Virus record (IMG/VR): IMGVR_UViG_3300022904_000004
Location: 1-43,206 of that record
Source: a virus
Lineage: Duplodnaviria > Caudoviricetes
Length of the DNA: 43,206 nt
Direction: 5' to 3' (one strand)
In this document: piece after piece, positions 1 through 9,171 of the stretch
Numbering within the stretch: the first letter of the stretch is position 1
Layout: each line of letters starts with the position of its first letter
Program-made: the position numbers and the translations under genes
The notes under the pieces: generated by a model
Databases searched by the model: none
Told to the model about the DNA's origin: nothing
The model's input: the letters and a program-made list of their open reading frames with translations, nothing else

Positions 1-90
1 CCATCCTCCCTCTCCGGAGCGTAATCTCGTCACTCTCGGTGAGCAAACTACAGTGAGTGAGTACTAGAAGCGCGCGGTACGATGCGCGTC

Positions 91-465
91 ATGGCGCATC
101 GGGACATCCACGTCAACTTGGTGACGCGGCAGACAGGGAGCACGGGCGTGCAGATTCAGCCAAAGATCTTGAAGCACGGGGACGATCACCCCTCGGTGCG
201 CGCGGCGCTGAAGGCGCTGGCCGACACCTACGGCATCACCGACGATGAGGTGTTCGGCATCGAGCTGCACGCCGAGGTCGGCCAGGCCATCACGATCACG
301 CCGTCCCTGTTCCTGCCGGGCAACGTGGATCCGGAGCTGCTCCGGGAGCGCGCCAGCCGCCTGCTCTCCGCTGCCAACCGTCTGGAACAGGAGCGCATCT
401 GCGCTCCGGAGCGCACTCCGGTGTTTGATCTCGCGCGGGAGCAGGACGGAGCGCCGCAGGCATGA
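91..465 (+). CDS. hypothetical protein upstream of terS
   Basis: ORF 82..465; ATG at 91 lies 7 nt after a TACGAT -10-like hexamer (78-83); stop overlaps next start (ATGA). Confidence 0.6.
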   Translation: MAHRDIHVNLVTRQTGSTGVQIQPKILKHGDDHPSVRAALKALADTYGITDDEVFGIELHAEVGQAITITPSLFLPGNVDPELLRERASRLLSAANRLEQERICAPERTPVFDLAREQDGAPQA

Positions 466-710
466 GCGAGCCGGAGCACGCGGAGCAGGACGAGAGTGCT
501 CCGGAGCGCGACACGCTGCTCTCCCAGGTGGAGCACTCCTTGGTGGAGGCGGAGCACGGAGCACGCTACGCGGCGGCCAGCGCGCTGGCGGAGCACTACG
601 CGTTCTTGATCGATCAGGCTGCTCCGACCAAGACCTACGCCACCGCCATCCGCGTGCTCCAGCGCTTCATCGACGACCAGATCACGATGGTGCGCCCGGC
701 ACCGGAGCAG
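330..710. repeat. dense GGAGC(A/G) cluster across gene 1 / terS
   Basis: About 14 TGCTC/GAGCA plus several GGAGCG by manual count; palindrome GCGCTCCGGAGCGC at 401-414; further copies 920-1145. Confidence 0.75.
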
Positions 711-968
711 CGCGAGATAGAGCGCGCGTGGGACACGGTGCGCACCGCGCTGGCCGAACACAGCGTTGCCAGCGACCTTGGCCCGAAGCTGCTCACGGCA
801 CTGGAGCGCTTGGACCTCACCACCAACAGCGCCGGCAAGCCGGGCCGCCTACCGGCCGCCGCGCCGGCGGGGCAGTCCGGCGCGCCGCCGATCGGCGGCA
901 ACGTGCAGACGGCGCTGACGCTGCTCCGCGGTGGCGCGACGGAGCGCACTAAGGGCGCCGGGGGGTGA
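462..968 (+). CDS. putative terminase small subunit
   Basis: Directly upstream of and overlapping terL; DLGPKLLTALERLDLT segment resembles actinophage TerS. Confidence 0.65.
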   Translation: MSEPEHAEQDESAPERDTLLSQVEHSLVEAEHGARYAAASALAEHYAFLIDQAAPTKTYATAIRVLQRFIDDQITMVRPAPEQREIERAWDTVRTALAEHSVASDLGPKLLTALERLDLTTNSAGKPGRLPAAAPAGQSGAPPIGGNVQTALTLLRGGATERTKGAGG

Positions 969-2560
969 GTCCGCCGTTCATGGCGCCGGTGGACGCGGTC
1001 GATCCGGAGCACGTGCTCGGGAGCACGACACCGCGCCTCTACCCGAAGCCGCTCGTCACCGGAGCACCCGGCCCGTGCGGCTGCTCCTGCGCGCTCACTC
1101 CGGCCAGCAGTTACGGGTTCGACGTGGCGGTGTTCGCGGAGCACGTGCTGCGCATGCCGCTCGATCCGTGGGAGCGGTGGCTCGCCATTCATGCGGGTGA
1201 GCTACTGCCGGACGGCCGCCCGCGGTTCAAGAAGCTGCTGGTGATCGTGGCGCGGCAGAACGGCAAGACGACGCTGCTCAAGGTGCTCACGCTCTTCTGG
1301 CTGTTCGTGGAGTGCTGGAAGCTGATTGTCGGCCAGAGCACCACGGTCGCGACGGCGCGCGAGGTCTGGAACGACGCGCAGGAGATGGCGCTGGACGTGC
1401 CAGAGCTGGCCGCCGAATTCGGCCACGTCCGCCGCGACAACAACGATCCGTTCTGGCGCACGACCGGCGGCAGCAAGTATCGGCCCGCGGCGGCCAACCG
1501 GCGCGGCGCGCGTGGTGGCTCGATTGATCGGCTGATCGTTGACGAGCTGCGCGAGCATCAGAACTGGAACGCGTACAACGCAGCGCTGCCGACCATGAAC
1601 GCCCGTCCGTATGCGCAGGCGTTCCTCATCTCCAACCAGGGCGACCGGCTGTCCGCCGTGCTGCTGGAGCTGCGTAAGACGGGCATCGCCAACATCGAGG
1701 CGGAGCAGGACGGGCAGCCGCTCATCGATGAGGAGTTGGGGCTGTTCGAGTGGAGCGCCTGGAAGAGCGCGGCCATGACGGACCCCTACGCGCTGGCGGC
1801 GGCCAACCCGAACATGAACCGGCCAGGCCGTATCCGTGGCTCCAGTCTGCTGGCCGAAGCTCGGGCTGCCGCGGACTCCGGGGACATGGAGCGTATCGCC
1901 GGCTTCCGCACGGAGATCATGTGCATGTACGTGCCGAGTCTGGACGCGGCCGTCAGCCCGGAGGGGTGGGAGGCGGGCGCGCGTCACGGCACATTGGCCG
2001 ACTACCGCGGGCGCCTCGCGCTGGTGCCGGAGCTGAGCCCGGATCGCCTCCACGCGTCCATCTCCGTGGCCGCCATGGTGGAGGACGGCAAGGTGCGGGT
2101 GGAGGTGCTCACCAGCTGGGCCGGCATGGGGGCGGCGGCGCATCTGCGCCGGGAGCTGGCCGGGTGGGTGCGCAAGGTGCGCCCGCGCAAGGTGGGCTGG
2201 CTTCGCGGCTCTCCGATCGAGGCGGTGGCGGCAGAGCTGACCGGCCCGGCCGCCGTGGCGAAGTTCGGTCCGGGCGTCCAGGTGGAGGCGATCGGCAGCG
2301 AGGTGCAGGCGGTGTGTATGGGGTTCGCGGAGATGGTGGATGACGGGATGATTTTGCACAGTCCGGTGCCGGAGCAGGAGCTGCTGGACAAGCAGGTGCT
2401 CGGCAGCGCGAAGCTCTGGCGCGGCGATGCGACGTGGCGCTTCAGCCGCAAGGGCGAGGGGCACTGTGACGCCGCCTACGGCGTGGCGGCGGCCACGCAC
2501 CTGGCGCGCACGATGCCGCCGCCGCTGCACGCCGTGGGCGGCTTGGTCGTGGTGAAGTGA
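965..2560 (+). CDS. terL: terminase large subunit
   Basis: Walker A VARQNGKT, Walker B LIVDE, motif III ISNQG, C-terminal GHCDAAYG nuclease motif. Confidence 0.95.
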   Translation: MSPPFMAPVDAVDPEHVLGSTTPRLYPKPLVTGAPGPCGCSCALTPASSYGFDVAVFAEHVLRMPLDPWERWLAIHAGELLPDGRPRFKKLLVIVARQNGKTTLLKVLTLFWLFVECWKLIVGQSTTVATAREVWNDAQEMALDVPELAAEFGHVRRDNNDPFWRTTGGSKYRPAAANRRGARGGSIDRLIVDELREHQNWNAYNAALPTMNARPYAQAFLISNQGDRLSAVLLELRKTGIANIEAEQDGQPLIDEELGLFEWSAWKSAAMTDPYALAAANPNMNRPGRIRGSSLLAEARAAADSGDMERIAGFRTEIMCMYVPSLDAAVSPEGWEAGARHGTLADYRGRLALVPELSPDRLHASISVAAMVEDGKVRVEVLTSWAGMGAAAHLRRELAGWVRKVRPRKVGWLRGSPIEAVAAELTGPAAVAKFGPGVQVEAIGSEVQAVCMGFAEMVDDGMILHSPVPEQELLDKQVLGSAKLWRGDATWRFSRKGEGHCDAAYGVAAATHLARTMPPPLHAVGGLVVVK

Positions 2561-2754
2561 TCACTCCGCTGACGGCGCGGCAGCGCGAGGTGATGCGCCT
2601 GGTGGCGGCCGGACGCCTTCGCAAGGAGGTGGCGCGCGAACTGCACATCACGCAGGACACGGTGAAGTCGCATATGCGGTGCATCTACGCGAAGCTCGGC
2701 GCCCGCACTGCCAGCCATGCGGTTCATCTTGCCCACCAGGCCGGCTACCTCTGA
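2557..2754 (+). CDS. stand-alone LuxR/GerE-type HTH regulator
   Basis: LTARQREVMRLVAAG...KEVARELHITQDTVKSHMRCIYAKLG matches the LuxR C-terminal HTH pattern. Confidence 0.9.
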   Translation: MITPLTARQREVMRLVAAGRLRKEVARELHITQDTVKSHMRCIYAKLGARTASHAVHLAHQAGYL

Positions 2755-2762
2755 CGGACCAG

Positions 2763-2790
2763 TTGACTTCCGAGTGATGCAGCGTATGGT
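2763..2790 (+). promoter_or_regulatory. conserved promoter/operator copy 1
   Basis: TTGACT-TCCGAGTGATGCAGCG-TATGGT, 16-nt spacer; ATG 7 nt downstream (leaderless). Confidence 0.75.
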
Positions 2791-2797
2791 TGACAGC

Positions 2798-3136
2798 ATG
2801 GATGCGATCGATGGTTTCTGGAGAGTCTGCGCCGAGTGCAGCGAGTGGCTCATGGGCAACGACGCGGTGAGCGCGGATGTGTACTGCCGGAAGTGCAAGG
2901 GCCGGCAACCGACGTTTGACGAGTGGGCTGACGGTGTCAAGCCGGGCGACGCGGTGTATCTCCAGCCGTACTGTGCGATTGATGGGCTCTCCCGCTCGCC
3001 GCACATCGTCATCGCACGTCACGGCAGGATGTTGACCGTGCAGCGGCTCGGCTACACGAAGCGGCAGATTGAGGTCAGCGTCAACAACTGTGGTCCGCGC
3101 GACATGACGCCGAACCCTCGTTACGCAATGTACTAG
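2798..3136 (+). CDS. hypothetical protein with CxxC...CxxC zinc ribbon
   Basis: MDAIDGFWRVCAEC...YCRKC; start chosen from promoter spacing. Confidence 0.65.
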   Translation: MDAIDGFWRVCAECSEWLMGNDAVSADVYCRKCKGRQPTFDEWADGVKPGDAVYLQPYCAIDGLSRSPHIVIARHGRMLTVQRLGYTKRQIEVSVNNCGPRDMTPNPRYAMY

Positions 3137-3143
3137 AAACCTG

Positions 3144-3173
3144 TTGACATCCGAGTGACTCTCGCTGTAGAGT
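3144..3173 (+). promoter_or_regulatory. conserved promoter/operator copy 2
   Basis: TTGACA-TCCGAGTGACTCTCGCTG-TAGAGT, 18-nt spacer. Confidence 0.8.
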
Positions 3174-3215
3174 ATGAGTATCAGCAAGGACAACTACACA
3201 GCGAGGAGAACGAAG

Positions 3216-3386
3216 ATGCTGTTCTACACGGTCGGTTTCGTCTACAGCGATGAGGCCACCCCCCGTGAGGAGAACTTCCGGACCGTCAAGGCCGTGAACG
3301 CCGAGGCCGCAAAGGACATCGTTCAGATCAAGGCCATTCTGAACGGCGATCGAGTCCAGATCACCGGCGCGATGACCAACTCCTGA
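3216..3386 (+). CDS. small hypothetical protein
   Basis: GAGGAG SD before ATG 3216; flanked by promoter and terminator. Confidence 0.65.
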   Translation: MLFYTVGFVYSDEATPREENFRTVKAVNAEAAKDIVQIKAILNGDRVQITGAMTNS

Positions 3387-3388
3387 GA

Positions 3389-3426
3389 ACATGAAGACCC
3401 CGCCACCGAGCGGGGTTTCTTCATGT
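3389..3426 (+). terminator. intrinsic terminator hairpin
   Basis: ACATGAAGA-CCCCGC / GCGGGG-TT-TCTTCATGT inverted repeat just after stop 3386. Confidence 0.7.
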
Positions 3427-3490
3427 CCGGCGCCGGGTAATACGCAGCGGCTGATCATAAGCGCGCGCCTACGGTGTACGCTCTCGCAGC

Positions 3491-4780
3491 ATGGGGGCTC
3501 TCTGGCAGAAGGTGAAGCGCTCCTTCTCGGTGCCCCCGGCCGAGCGCCGGCAGTTCGCGGCCAGCCCGTACGGCTACGAGTCGCCCGCCTACTCGATCTT
3601 GATCAACGGCATGTTCGGTCAGAACGGGCGCGGCACCTCGGTCTCTGGCCGCATGGACGCCATGGAGATCCCGGCGGTGCTGCGTGGCCGGAACGTCATC
3701 TGCGGGATCTCGAATCTGCCGCTGGAAGCGATCAATGCGCGCAACGAAGTGCTTGATCATCCGCTATTCAGGCAGATCGATCCAAATGTGGCCAATGTCG
3801 TCACGCTTGCGCAAACCGTGGAAGATCTCCTCTTCGACGCCGTGGCCTGGTGGAAGATCACACAGGTTGACGCGGGCGGCTACCCGGCCAGCGCCATCCG
3901 GATGGACCCCTCCCAGGTGGGCCTCACGCCGCCGTCCGGCTACCACCAGGGCTGGCTGCCGAGCGAGCTGCCCACCACGGGCGTCGTGTACATGAAGGGC
4001 GAGCCCGTCCCGTGGTCACGGGTGATCCGCTTCGACTCCCCGAACCCGGCGCTCATGAAGGTCATCCGCCGCATCCTGATCCGCGCGCTGGCGCTGGATC
4101 TGGCCGCCGTGCGGTACGCCGAGAATCCGCGGCCCGCCGACTACTTCAGTCCGCGCGACACCGCGAATGGTGATCCGTTCGTGGACGATGAGAACGGTAC
4201 AGCGCAGGACAAGATTCGCGCGCTGTTGACGGATTGGAAGGAAGCGCGGCAGGAGAGCAGCACCGCGTACGTCCCGGCGGCGCTGGAGTACAACGCCGTG
4301 CAGCAGCCGACCCCGGCCGAGCTCCAGCTGGTGGCACTCATGGCCGCGGTAGACAAGCAGCTCGCGGTGGCGATCGGGCTCGATCCCGAAGAAGTGGGCG
4401 TCAACACCACCAGCCGCGTCTACCAGAACGACACGGACCGCCGCAAGAACAAGATCAACGATCTGCTCGCGCCGTACATCTCTGCCATCACGCAGCGGCT
4501 CTCGATGGAAGATGTGACCAAGCGCGGCGTGCGCGCCCGCTTCAACCTGAACGACTACCTCAAGGCCGACCCCAAGACGCGGGTGGAAGTGCAGCAGGCC
4601 TACCACGACATGGGCGTGATGAGCACCGCCTGGATCGGCCAGGAGGAAGGGCTGCCGCCGGGCGCCGCCCCGGCCGAGCCGCCCGCACCGCCGCCAGCCC
4701 CGCGGGTACCGGTCTCGCCGGCCACCATCGCTGAGATCGAAGCGGCCGGAAGGAGCGCCGATGACGCGCGTCAATCTTGA
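3491..4780 (+). CDS. portal protein (HK97-like)
   Basis: AMEIPAVLRGRNVICG N-terminal portal motif, RFNLNDYLKADPKTR C-terminal motif, 429 aa, synteny. Confidence 0.9.
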   Translation: MGALWQKVKRSFSVPPAERRQFAASPYGYESPAYSILINGMFGQNGRGTSVSGRMDAMEIPAVLRGRNVICGISNLPLEAINARNEVLDHPLFRQIDPNVANVVTLAQTVEDLLFDAVAWWKITQVDAGGYPASAIRMDPSQVGLTPPSGYHQGWLPSELPTTGVVYMKGEPVPWSRVIRFDSPNPALMKVIRRILIRALALDLAAVRYAENPRPADYFSPRDTANGDPFVDDENGTAQDKIRALLTDWKEARQESSTAYVPAALEYNAVQQPTPAELQLVALMAAVDKQLAVAIGLDPEEVGVNTTSRVYQNDTDRRKNKINDLLAPYISAITQRLSMEDVTKRGVRARFNLNDYLKADPKTRVEVQQAYHDMGVMSTAWIGQEEGLPPGAAPAEPPAPPPAPRVPVSPATIAEIEAAGRSADDARQS

Positions 4781-6677
4781 GTTCGAGGGTGACGGCGGAA
4801 CCTTCGCCGTTGATCAGCGGCGCCGCACCATCACCGGCCTGGTGATCCCGTGGGGCCAGAGCGCGCGGCACGCCGGACGGCTGTGGGAGTTCGCGCGCGG
4901 CTCGCTGAAGTGGGGCGATCTGCGCCGCGTCAAGCTGCTGCGCGACCACGACAACAGCCAGGCCTACGGCTACGCGCTCAGCCTGGAAGAGACCGACGCC
5001 GGATTGGTGGGCACGTTCAGCATCGCCCCTGGCCCGGAAGGTGATCGGGCGCTGGCGCTGGCCGAGCACGGCACGCTGGACGGGCTCAGCGTGGGAGCGG
5101 ACTGGACGGAGAACGACTTCGCCCCGCATCCCGACAAGCCGGGCGTGCAGCTGATCACCAATGCGTTCGCGGCGGAAGTCAGCATGACGGCCATGCCCGC
5201 GTTCAAGGACTCTCGCCTCACGTCTGTGCGGGCGAGCGATCAAGGAGAGGAGCCGGCTGTGCCGGACATCAACCCGGAGACGGCACCGGCCACGCCGGCG
5301 GCAGCCCCCTCCACCCCCGCGGCGCCCGCCGCGGCGGCCCCTGCTACTCCGCCGCCCACCTCTGCGGCCGCCGCCGCCGCGCCCGCGGCGCCTGTCACTC
5401 AGGGCTTCAGCGTGGACGACATGACGAAGTTGTTCGCCGCGATGCGGCAGAACGACAACGTGACCACCGTGGCTCAGGGTGGCGCTGTCACTCCGGCCGC
5501 GCCCGCTGAGCCGCGCGCCGTGGTGGACCCCACCACGCAGGAGATCGTCCCGAACGTGGGCGGCGCTTTCGTGGCCGAGCCGCTGCCGTATCGCTTCAGC
5601 TACGAGCGGCCCTTCGAGGGCAAGCCCGGCCGCCACGTGTTCCACGTCGGCCAGAAGTACGATTTCTCCACCGACCTGTACGCGGTGATCAACAAGAAGA
5701 GCGGCGTCGATCTGGACGGCGCGCTCAAGCGCGTCAACGACCTGGTGCGGCGCACCTTCGCGGTGAGCGTGGCGAACATCGCCAGCGTCACGCCGAACAA
5801 GGACCGCCCGGACATGTGGGTCCCGCAGATGGATTTCACGTCTCCGCTGTGGGACATGGTGAACGCGGGCACGCTGGCCGATGGCACGCCGTTCGATGTG
5901 CCGAAGTTCAGCTCCGCTTCGGGCCTCGTGGCCGCCGCGACCGCGGGTACCGAGCCGGCGCCCGGCGCCATGGCCGTCACCACGCAGACCATCACGCCCA
6001 CGCAACTGTGGGGCAAGGTGGAGATCGAGCGGCAGGCGATCCGGCGCGGCGGCAACCCGCAGATCTCCGGCATCATCTGGGATCAGATGCTGCGCAGCTA
6101 CGTGGAAGCGCGCGAGAGCGCGGTGGCCACGTTCCTGAACACGCTGACGGCGGCCACGGACATCACGCTCACGGTCGCGACCGGCGCCTCGGACGCGACC
6201 GAGGACCGCGCTTCGGTGGCGGACCTGGAGGCGGCGCTGGCCGATCTCCAGTTCGCCCGGGGCGGCAACCGCTTCAGCGCGGCGGCGGCTCAGCAGGATC
6301 TCTACCGCCTACTGGCGCGCGTGGCCGACACCACGGGCCGCAAGCTCTACCCGATGATCAACCCGATGAACGCCAGCGGCACCACGCGGGCGCTCTACTC
6401 CACCATCGAGATCGGTGGCACGGTGTTCGTCCCGGCGTGGGCGCTCGGCGCCGCCGGCCAGACCAACCCCACCAACTCGTGGCTGTTCGACCCGGCGAAG
6501 GTGCTGGGCTGGGCGTCCGAGCCGGACCGGCTGGACTGGGACTTCGGCGCCACGGTGCAGACCAACAACGTCACGCAGCTCGCCTACGTGACGATGGGCA
6601 TCTACGGTGACGTGGCGCTCGCCAACACGGACATCAACGGCGTCCGGCAGATCGTGCACGACCCGGTCGGCTCCTGA
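4761..6677 (+). CDS. prohead protease / scaffold / major capsid protein fusion
   Basis: N-terminal HK97-type protease motifs (LLRDHD, DGLSVG, EVSMTAMPAF), Ala/Pro linker, HK97-fold capsid-like C-terminal domain. Confidence 0.88.
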   Translation: MTRVNLEFEGDGGTFAVDQRRRTITGLVIPWGQSARHAGRLWEFARGSLKWGDLRRVKLLRDHDNSQAYGYALSLEETDAGLVGTFSIAPGPEGDRALALAEHGTLDGLSVGADWTENDFAPHPDKPGVQLITNAFAAEVSMTAMPAFKDSRLTSVRASDQGEEPAVPDINPETAPATPAAAPSTPAAPAAAAPATPPPTSAAAAAAPAAPVTQGFSVDDMTKLFAAMRQNDNVTTVAQGGAVTPAAPAEPRAVVDPTTQEIVPNVGGAFVAEPLPYRFSYERPFEGKPGRHVFHVGQKYDFSTDLYAVINKKSGVDLDGALKRVNDLVRRTFAVSVANIASVTPNKDRPDMWVPQMDFTSPLWDMVNAGTLADGTPFDVPKFSSASGLVAAATAGTEPAPGAMAVTTQTITPTQLWGKVEIERQAIRRGGNPQISGIIWDQMLRSYVEARESAVATFLNTLTAATDITLTVATGASDATEDRASVADLEAALADLQFARGGNRFSAAAAQQDLYRLLARVADTTGRKLYPMINPMNASGTTRALYSTIEIGGTVFVPAWALGAAGQTNPTNSWLFDPAKVLGWASEPDRLDWDFGATVQTNNVTQLAYVTMGIYGDVALANTDINGVRQIVHDPVGS

Positions 6678-6679
6678 TC

Positions 6680-6732
6680 GAGCGGACGACAGTCACCCGC
6701 GCCGGGTGATTGAGCCCCGCCCGGTGCGGGCT
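6680..6732 (+). terminator. tandem hairpins after capsid gene
   Basis: CAGTCACCCG/CGGGTGATTG and AGCCC..GC/GCGGGCT inverted repeats. Confidence 0.5.
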
Positions 6733-6749
6733 AGCGAGAGCGGAAGGAG

Positions 6750-7388
6750 GTGAGCGTGGTGGCGATCCAGGTGCGCAGCAGTGCGGCGGCCGATCTCGTG
6801 ATCGGCATGCAGTGGATCATTGACGTGCAGGCGAGCGAGCTGCCGACTCTAGTGGTCACGAAGCCGGACGGCACCACGCTCATTCCTGCCGTGATCTTCA
6901 CGCAGTACATCGCCTGGACAGGACCGCTACCGGTCGCGCCGTTCGCCGAGTACGTGTACCGCGCGGTGGTGGCGCCGTCCACGGCCGGCCGCTGGGTCGC
7001 CACGGCCAGCACGGTGACGGACGGCACGGCGTGGACGCAGGCCTTCGTCTCGGCAGTCTCGGTGGCTGCCGGCTTCCCGACCCCTGCCGAGCTGTCCGAC
7101 TGGCTCGGCGGCACCGGGGCGCACAGCTACACCACGCAGGAGATGACGGAGGAGCTGGCCGCGGCCACCGTGGCGCAGCGCCGCCACTGCAACATCCCGG
7201 TGGCGTACCCGGTGGATCTGCGGGAGGCGTTGCTGCGGCGCGCCGCCCGGTTGCTGTTCATGCGGCGTCAGCTTACGGAGCAGCCGCGGGAGAGCGGCGA
7301 TTTCGCGCTGCCGTCCACCGTGCCGCTCGGCCGCGACTGGAGCACGCGCGAGCTGGAGCAGCCTTTCCTCAAGACGCCGGTCGGGTAG
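6750..7388 (+). CDS. head-tail adaptor with N-terminal beta-rich extension
   Basis: AAGGAGG SD; C-terminal YPVDLREALLRRAARL resembles gp6/gp15-like adaptors; follows capsid. Confidence 0.65.
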   Translation: MSVVAIQVRSSAAADLVIGMQWIIDVQASELPTLVVTKPDGTTLIPAVIFTQYIAWTGPLPVAPFAEYVYRAVVAPSTAGRWVATASTVTDGTAWTQAFVSAVSVAAGFPTPAELSDWLGGTGAHSYTTQEMTEELAAATVAQRRHCNIPVAYPVDLREALLRRAARLLFMRRQLTEQPRESGDFALPSTVPLGRDWSTRELEQPFLKTPVG

Positions 7389-7394
7389 CGCGCC

Positions 7395-7718
7395 ATGGGC
7401 TTCGAGATCAGACCGGCGATCAAAGCGGCGCTGGACACGGTAAGCGGTGTGCAGGGATTCGAGCGCCAGCCGATCAGCCGCAACGTAGGAGACGCCTGGC
7501 CGCGCTGGGCGCTCGATACGCGCGTAGCGGCGGGTGTCTTCGAGACGGCATGGGCGGTGATCGTCCGACTGCCGGACGACGAAGCGGCGCGCGAAGCCTG
7601 GATCGAGGATCACCGCTGGCCGCTGGTGGACGCGCTCGCGCATCTGATCCACGTGGACACGATCGGACCCGAGGTGCTGGAAGACTTTCCGGCACTGATG
7701 ATCATTGGTAGGGAGTGA
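7395..7718 (+). CDS. putative tail terminator / head-tail joining protein
   Basis: Size and position before major tail gene. Confidence 0.5.
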   Translation: MGFEIRPAIKAALDTVSGVQGFERQPISRNVGDAWPRWALDTRVAAGVFETAWAVIVRLPDDEAAREAWIEDHRWPLVDALAHLIHVDTIGPEVLEDFPALMIIGRE

Positions 7719-7725
7719 CTGAGGG

Positions 7726-8145
7726 ATGCCAGCAGCAACCAACTATCTCGGTGTCCTGAAGGACTCCGAGGTGCTCATCGAAGGCACGGACTACGCCAAC
7801 CAGATGACGCGCTCCCGGCTCGTGCCGGAGGTGCCCACGCAGACGGTGCGCACGCTGGTGCCGGACGGCACGATCAACGATGTCGACTCCGCGGCCTGGA
7901 CGTGGGAGATCGCCGGCATCCAGAAGTTGGCAACCGGCGGGTTGCTGAAGCTGCTGAACGACAGCGAGCCCGGCGCCCTGCTGGACGTGGTGTGGCAGCC
8001 GCTCAAGGACGCTGTCGGCCAGCCGCAGTACAGCTTCACGGTGCGCGCCAAGCCCGGCCCTATCGGTGGCGATCAGGGTGCGTTCGCGCAGTTCGAGATG
8101 GTGCTGGAGCTGGAAGGCGAGCCGGTGCAGGTGCCGCTCTCCTGA
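7726..8145 (+). CDS. major tail tube protein
   Basis: 139 aa beta-rich, GPIGGDQGAFAQFEMVLELEGEP C-terminus typical of actinophage tail tubes; synteny. Confidence 0.75.
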   Translation: MPAATNYLGVLKDSEVLIEGTDYANQMTRSRLVPEVPTQTVRTLVPDGTINDVDSAAWTWEIAGIQKLATGGLLKLLNDSEPGALLDVVWQPLKDAVGQPQYSFTVRAKPGPIGGDQGAFAQFEMVLELEGEPVQVPLS

Positions 8146-8201
8146 GGCGGTAGACGCACGGAACACTGACGGTAGATCAACGGTAGAAAAAGGGCTCACC
8201 C

Positions 8202-8504
8202 GTGAAGACGTTGCAACTCAAGTTCGAAGTTCAGATGGAAGGCGCGCCGGACGTGCTGACCGTGCTGACCGATCAGCGCGACCACGCCGCCTACGAGGCG
8301 TCCGACGAGTATCAGGAGGACGGCAGCCGGCAGGCCACCAAGCTCCGGTACCTCTGCTGGAACGCGATGCGCCGCACGAAGACGCTGCCGCCCGGCGCCG
8401 GCTGGCCGAGGTTCAACTCGGAGTTGTGCATCCAGGTGCAGCTGGTGGGCACGCTCGGCCAGGAAGGGGAGCCGGACGGCGAGGAGGGTGAGGACCCTTC
8501 GTAG
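8202..8504 (+). CDS. tail assembly chaperone (gpG-like)
   Basis: Follows tail tube; ends ...GAC CCT TCG TAG with an overlapping open -1 frame. Confidence 0.7.
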   Translation: MKTLQLKFEVQMEGAPDVLTVLTDQRDHAAYEASDEYQEDGSRQATKLRYLCWNAMRRTKTLPPGAGWPRFNSELCIQVQLVGTLGQEGEPDGEEGEDPS

Positions 8505-8713
8505 GGCTCGACGCCTGGCCGGATGACAGCTTCCGCTGGACAATGATCATGTTCGCGCGGAAGCGTCACCTCTCGTTGGAAGAGGTGGAGCGGATGCACC
8601 CGCGGGACTTCGACACCTGGTTGTTGCAGGACAAGCTGGACGAGATGAAGGCAGCGCAGGAAGCACGGTTCGACGGCTTGCACGCCGAGCACAGCCAGGC
8701 GATGGGGAGGTAG
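8492..8713 (+). CDS. tail assembly chaperone frameshift extension (gpT-like)
   Basis: -1 frame open 8492-8713 (…WPDDSFRWTMIMFARKRHLSLEEVERMHPRDFDTWL…); absent from the ORF track. Confidence 0.6.
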   Translation, partial: GPFVGLDAWPDDSFRWTMIMFARKRHLSLEEVERMHPRDFDTWLLQDKLDEMKAAQEARFDGLHAEHSQAMGR

Positions 8714-8715
8714 CG

Positions 8716-9171
8716 GTGGGCACTAGTTTTGCAGCGTTCGCCAATGAGATCCGCGCCTTCAATGCGCGCGGTGACGTGGTCAACGCGTTGCGCCGCGACG
8801 TTCGCAAGCCTCTGCCGGAATTGCGCCGAGACGTGCGCAGCAGTGCTACCTCCACCCTGCCGGCGGGCGGCGGACTCGGCGCGTGGGTGGCGCGCGCCCG
8901 GCTGACCGTCAAGTTGAAGGACTCCGGCCGTAGCGCCGGCATCCGGATCAAGGTGAGCAGGGCGGCCGGTGACGGCGACAAGGCCGACCTGAACGCGCTC
9001 GACCTCGCTGGCGCGGTACGCCACCCACTGCACGGCAACCGGAAGCGCTGGTATCCACAGCGGGTGACGCCGGGGTTCTTCACCAAGCCGTGGGAGGCGT
9101 TCCGGCCGAAGTTCATCAAGGTCGCGGACGAAGCGGTTGACCAGGCGCTGGATGTGATCCGCCGTGGCTAG
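8716..9171 (+). CDS. HK97 gp10-like neck/tail completion protein
   Basis: Basic protein with VRHPLHGNRKRWYPQ...PGFF pattern; position in tail module. Confidence 0.6.
   Translation: MGTSFAAFANEIRAFNARGDVVNALRRDVRKPLPELRRDVRSSATSTLPAGGGLGAWVARARLTVKLKDSGRSAGIRIKVSRAAGDGDKADLNALDLAGAVRHPLHGNRKRWYPQRVTPGFFTKPWEAFRPKFIKVADEAVDQALDVIRRG

Noticed and set aside
5270-5400. GC-rich quasi-repeats in capsid gene
   Set aside because: Explained by the Ala/Pro/Thr low-complexity linker
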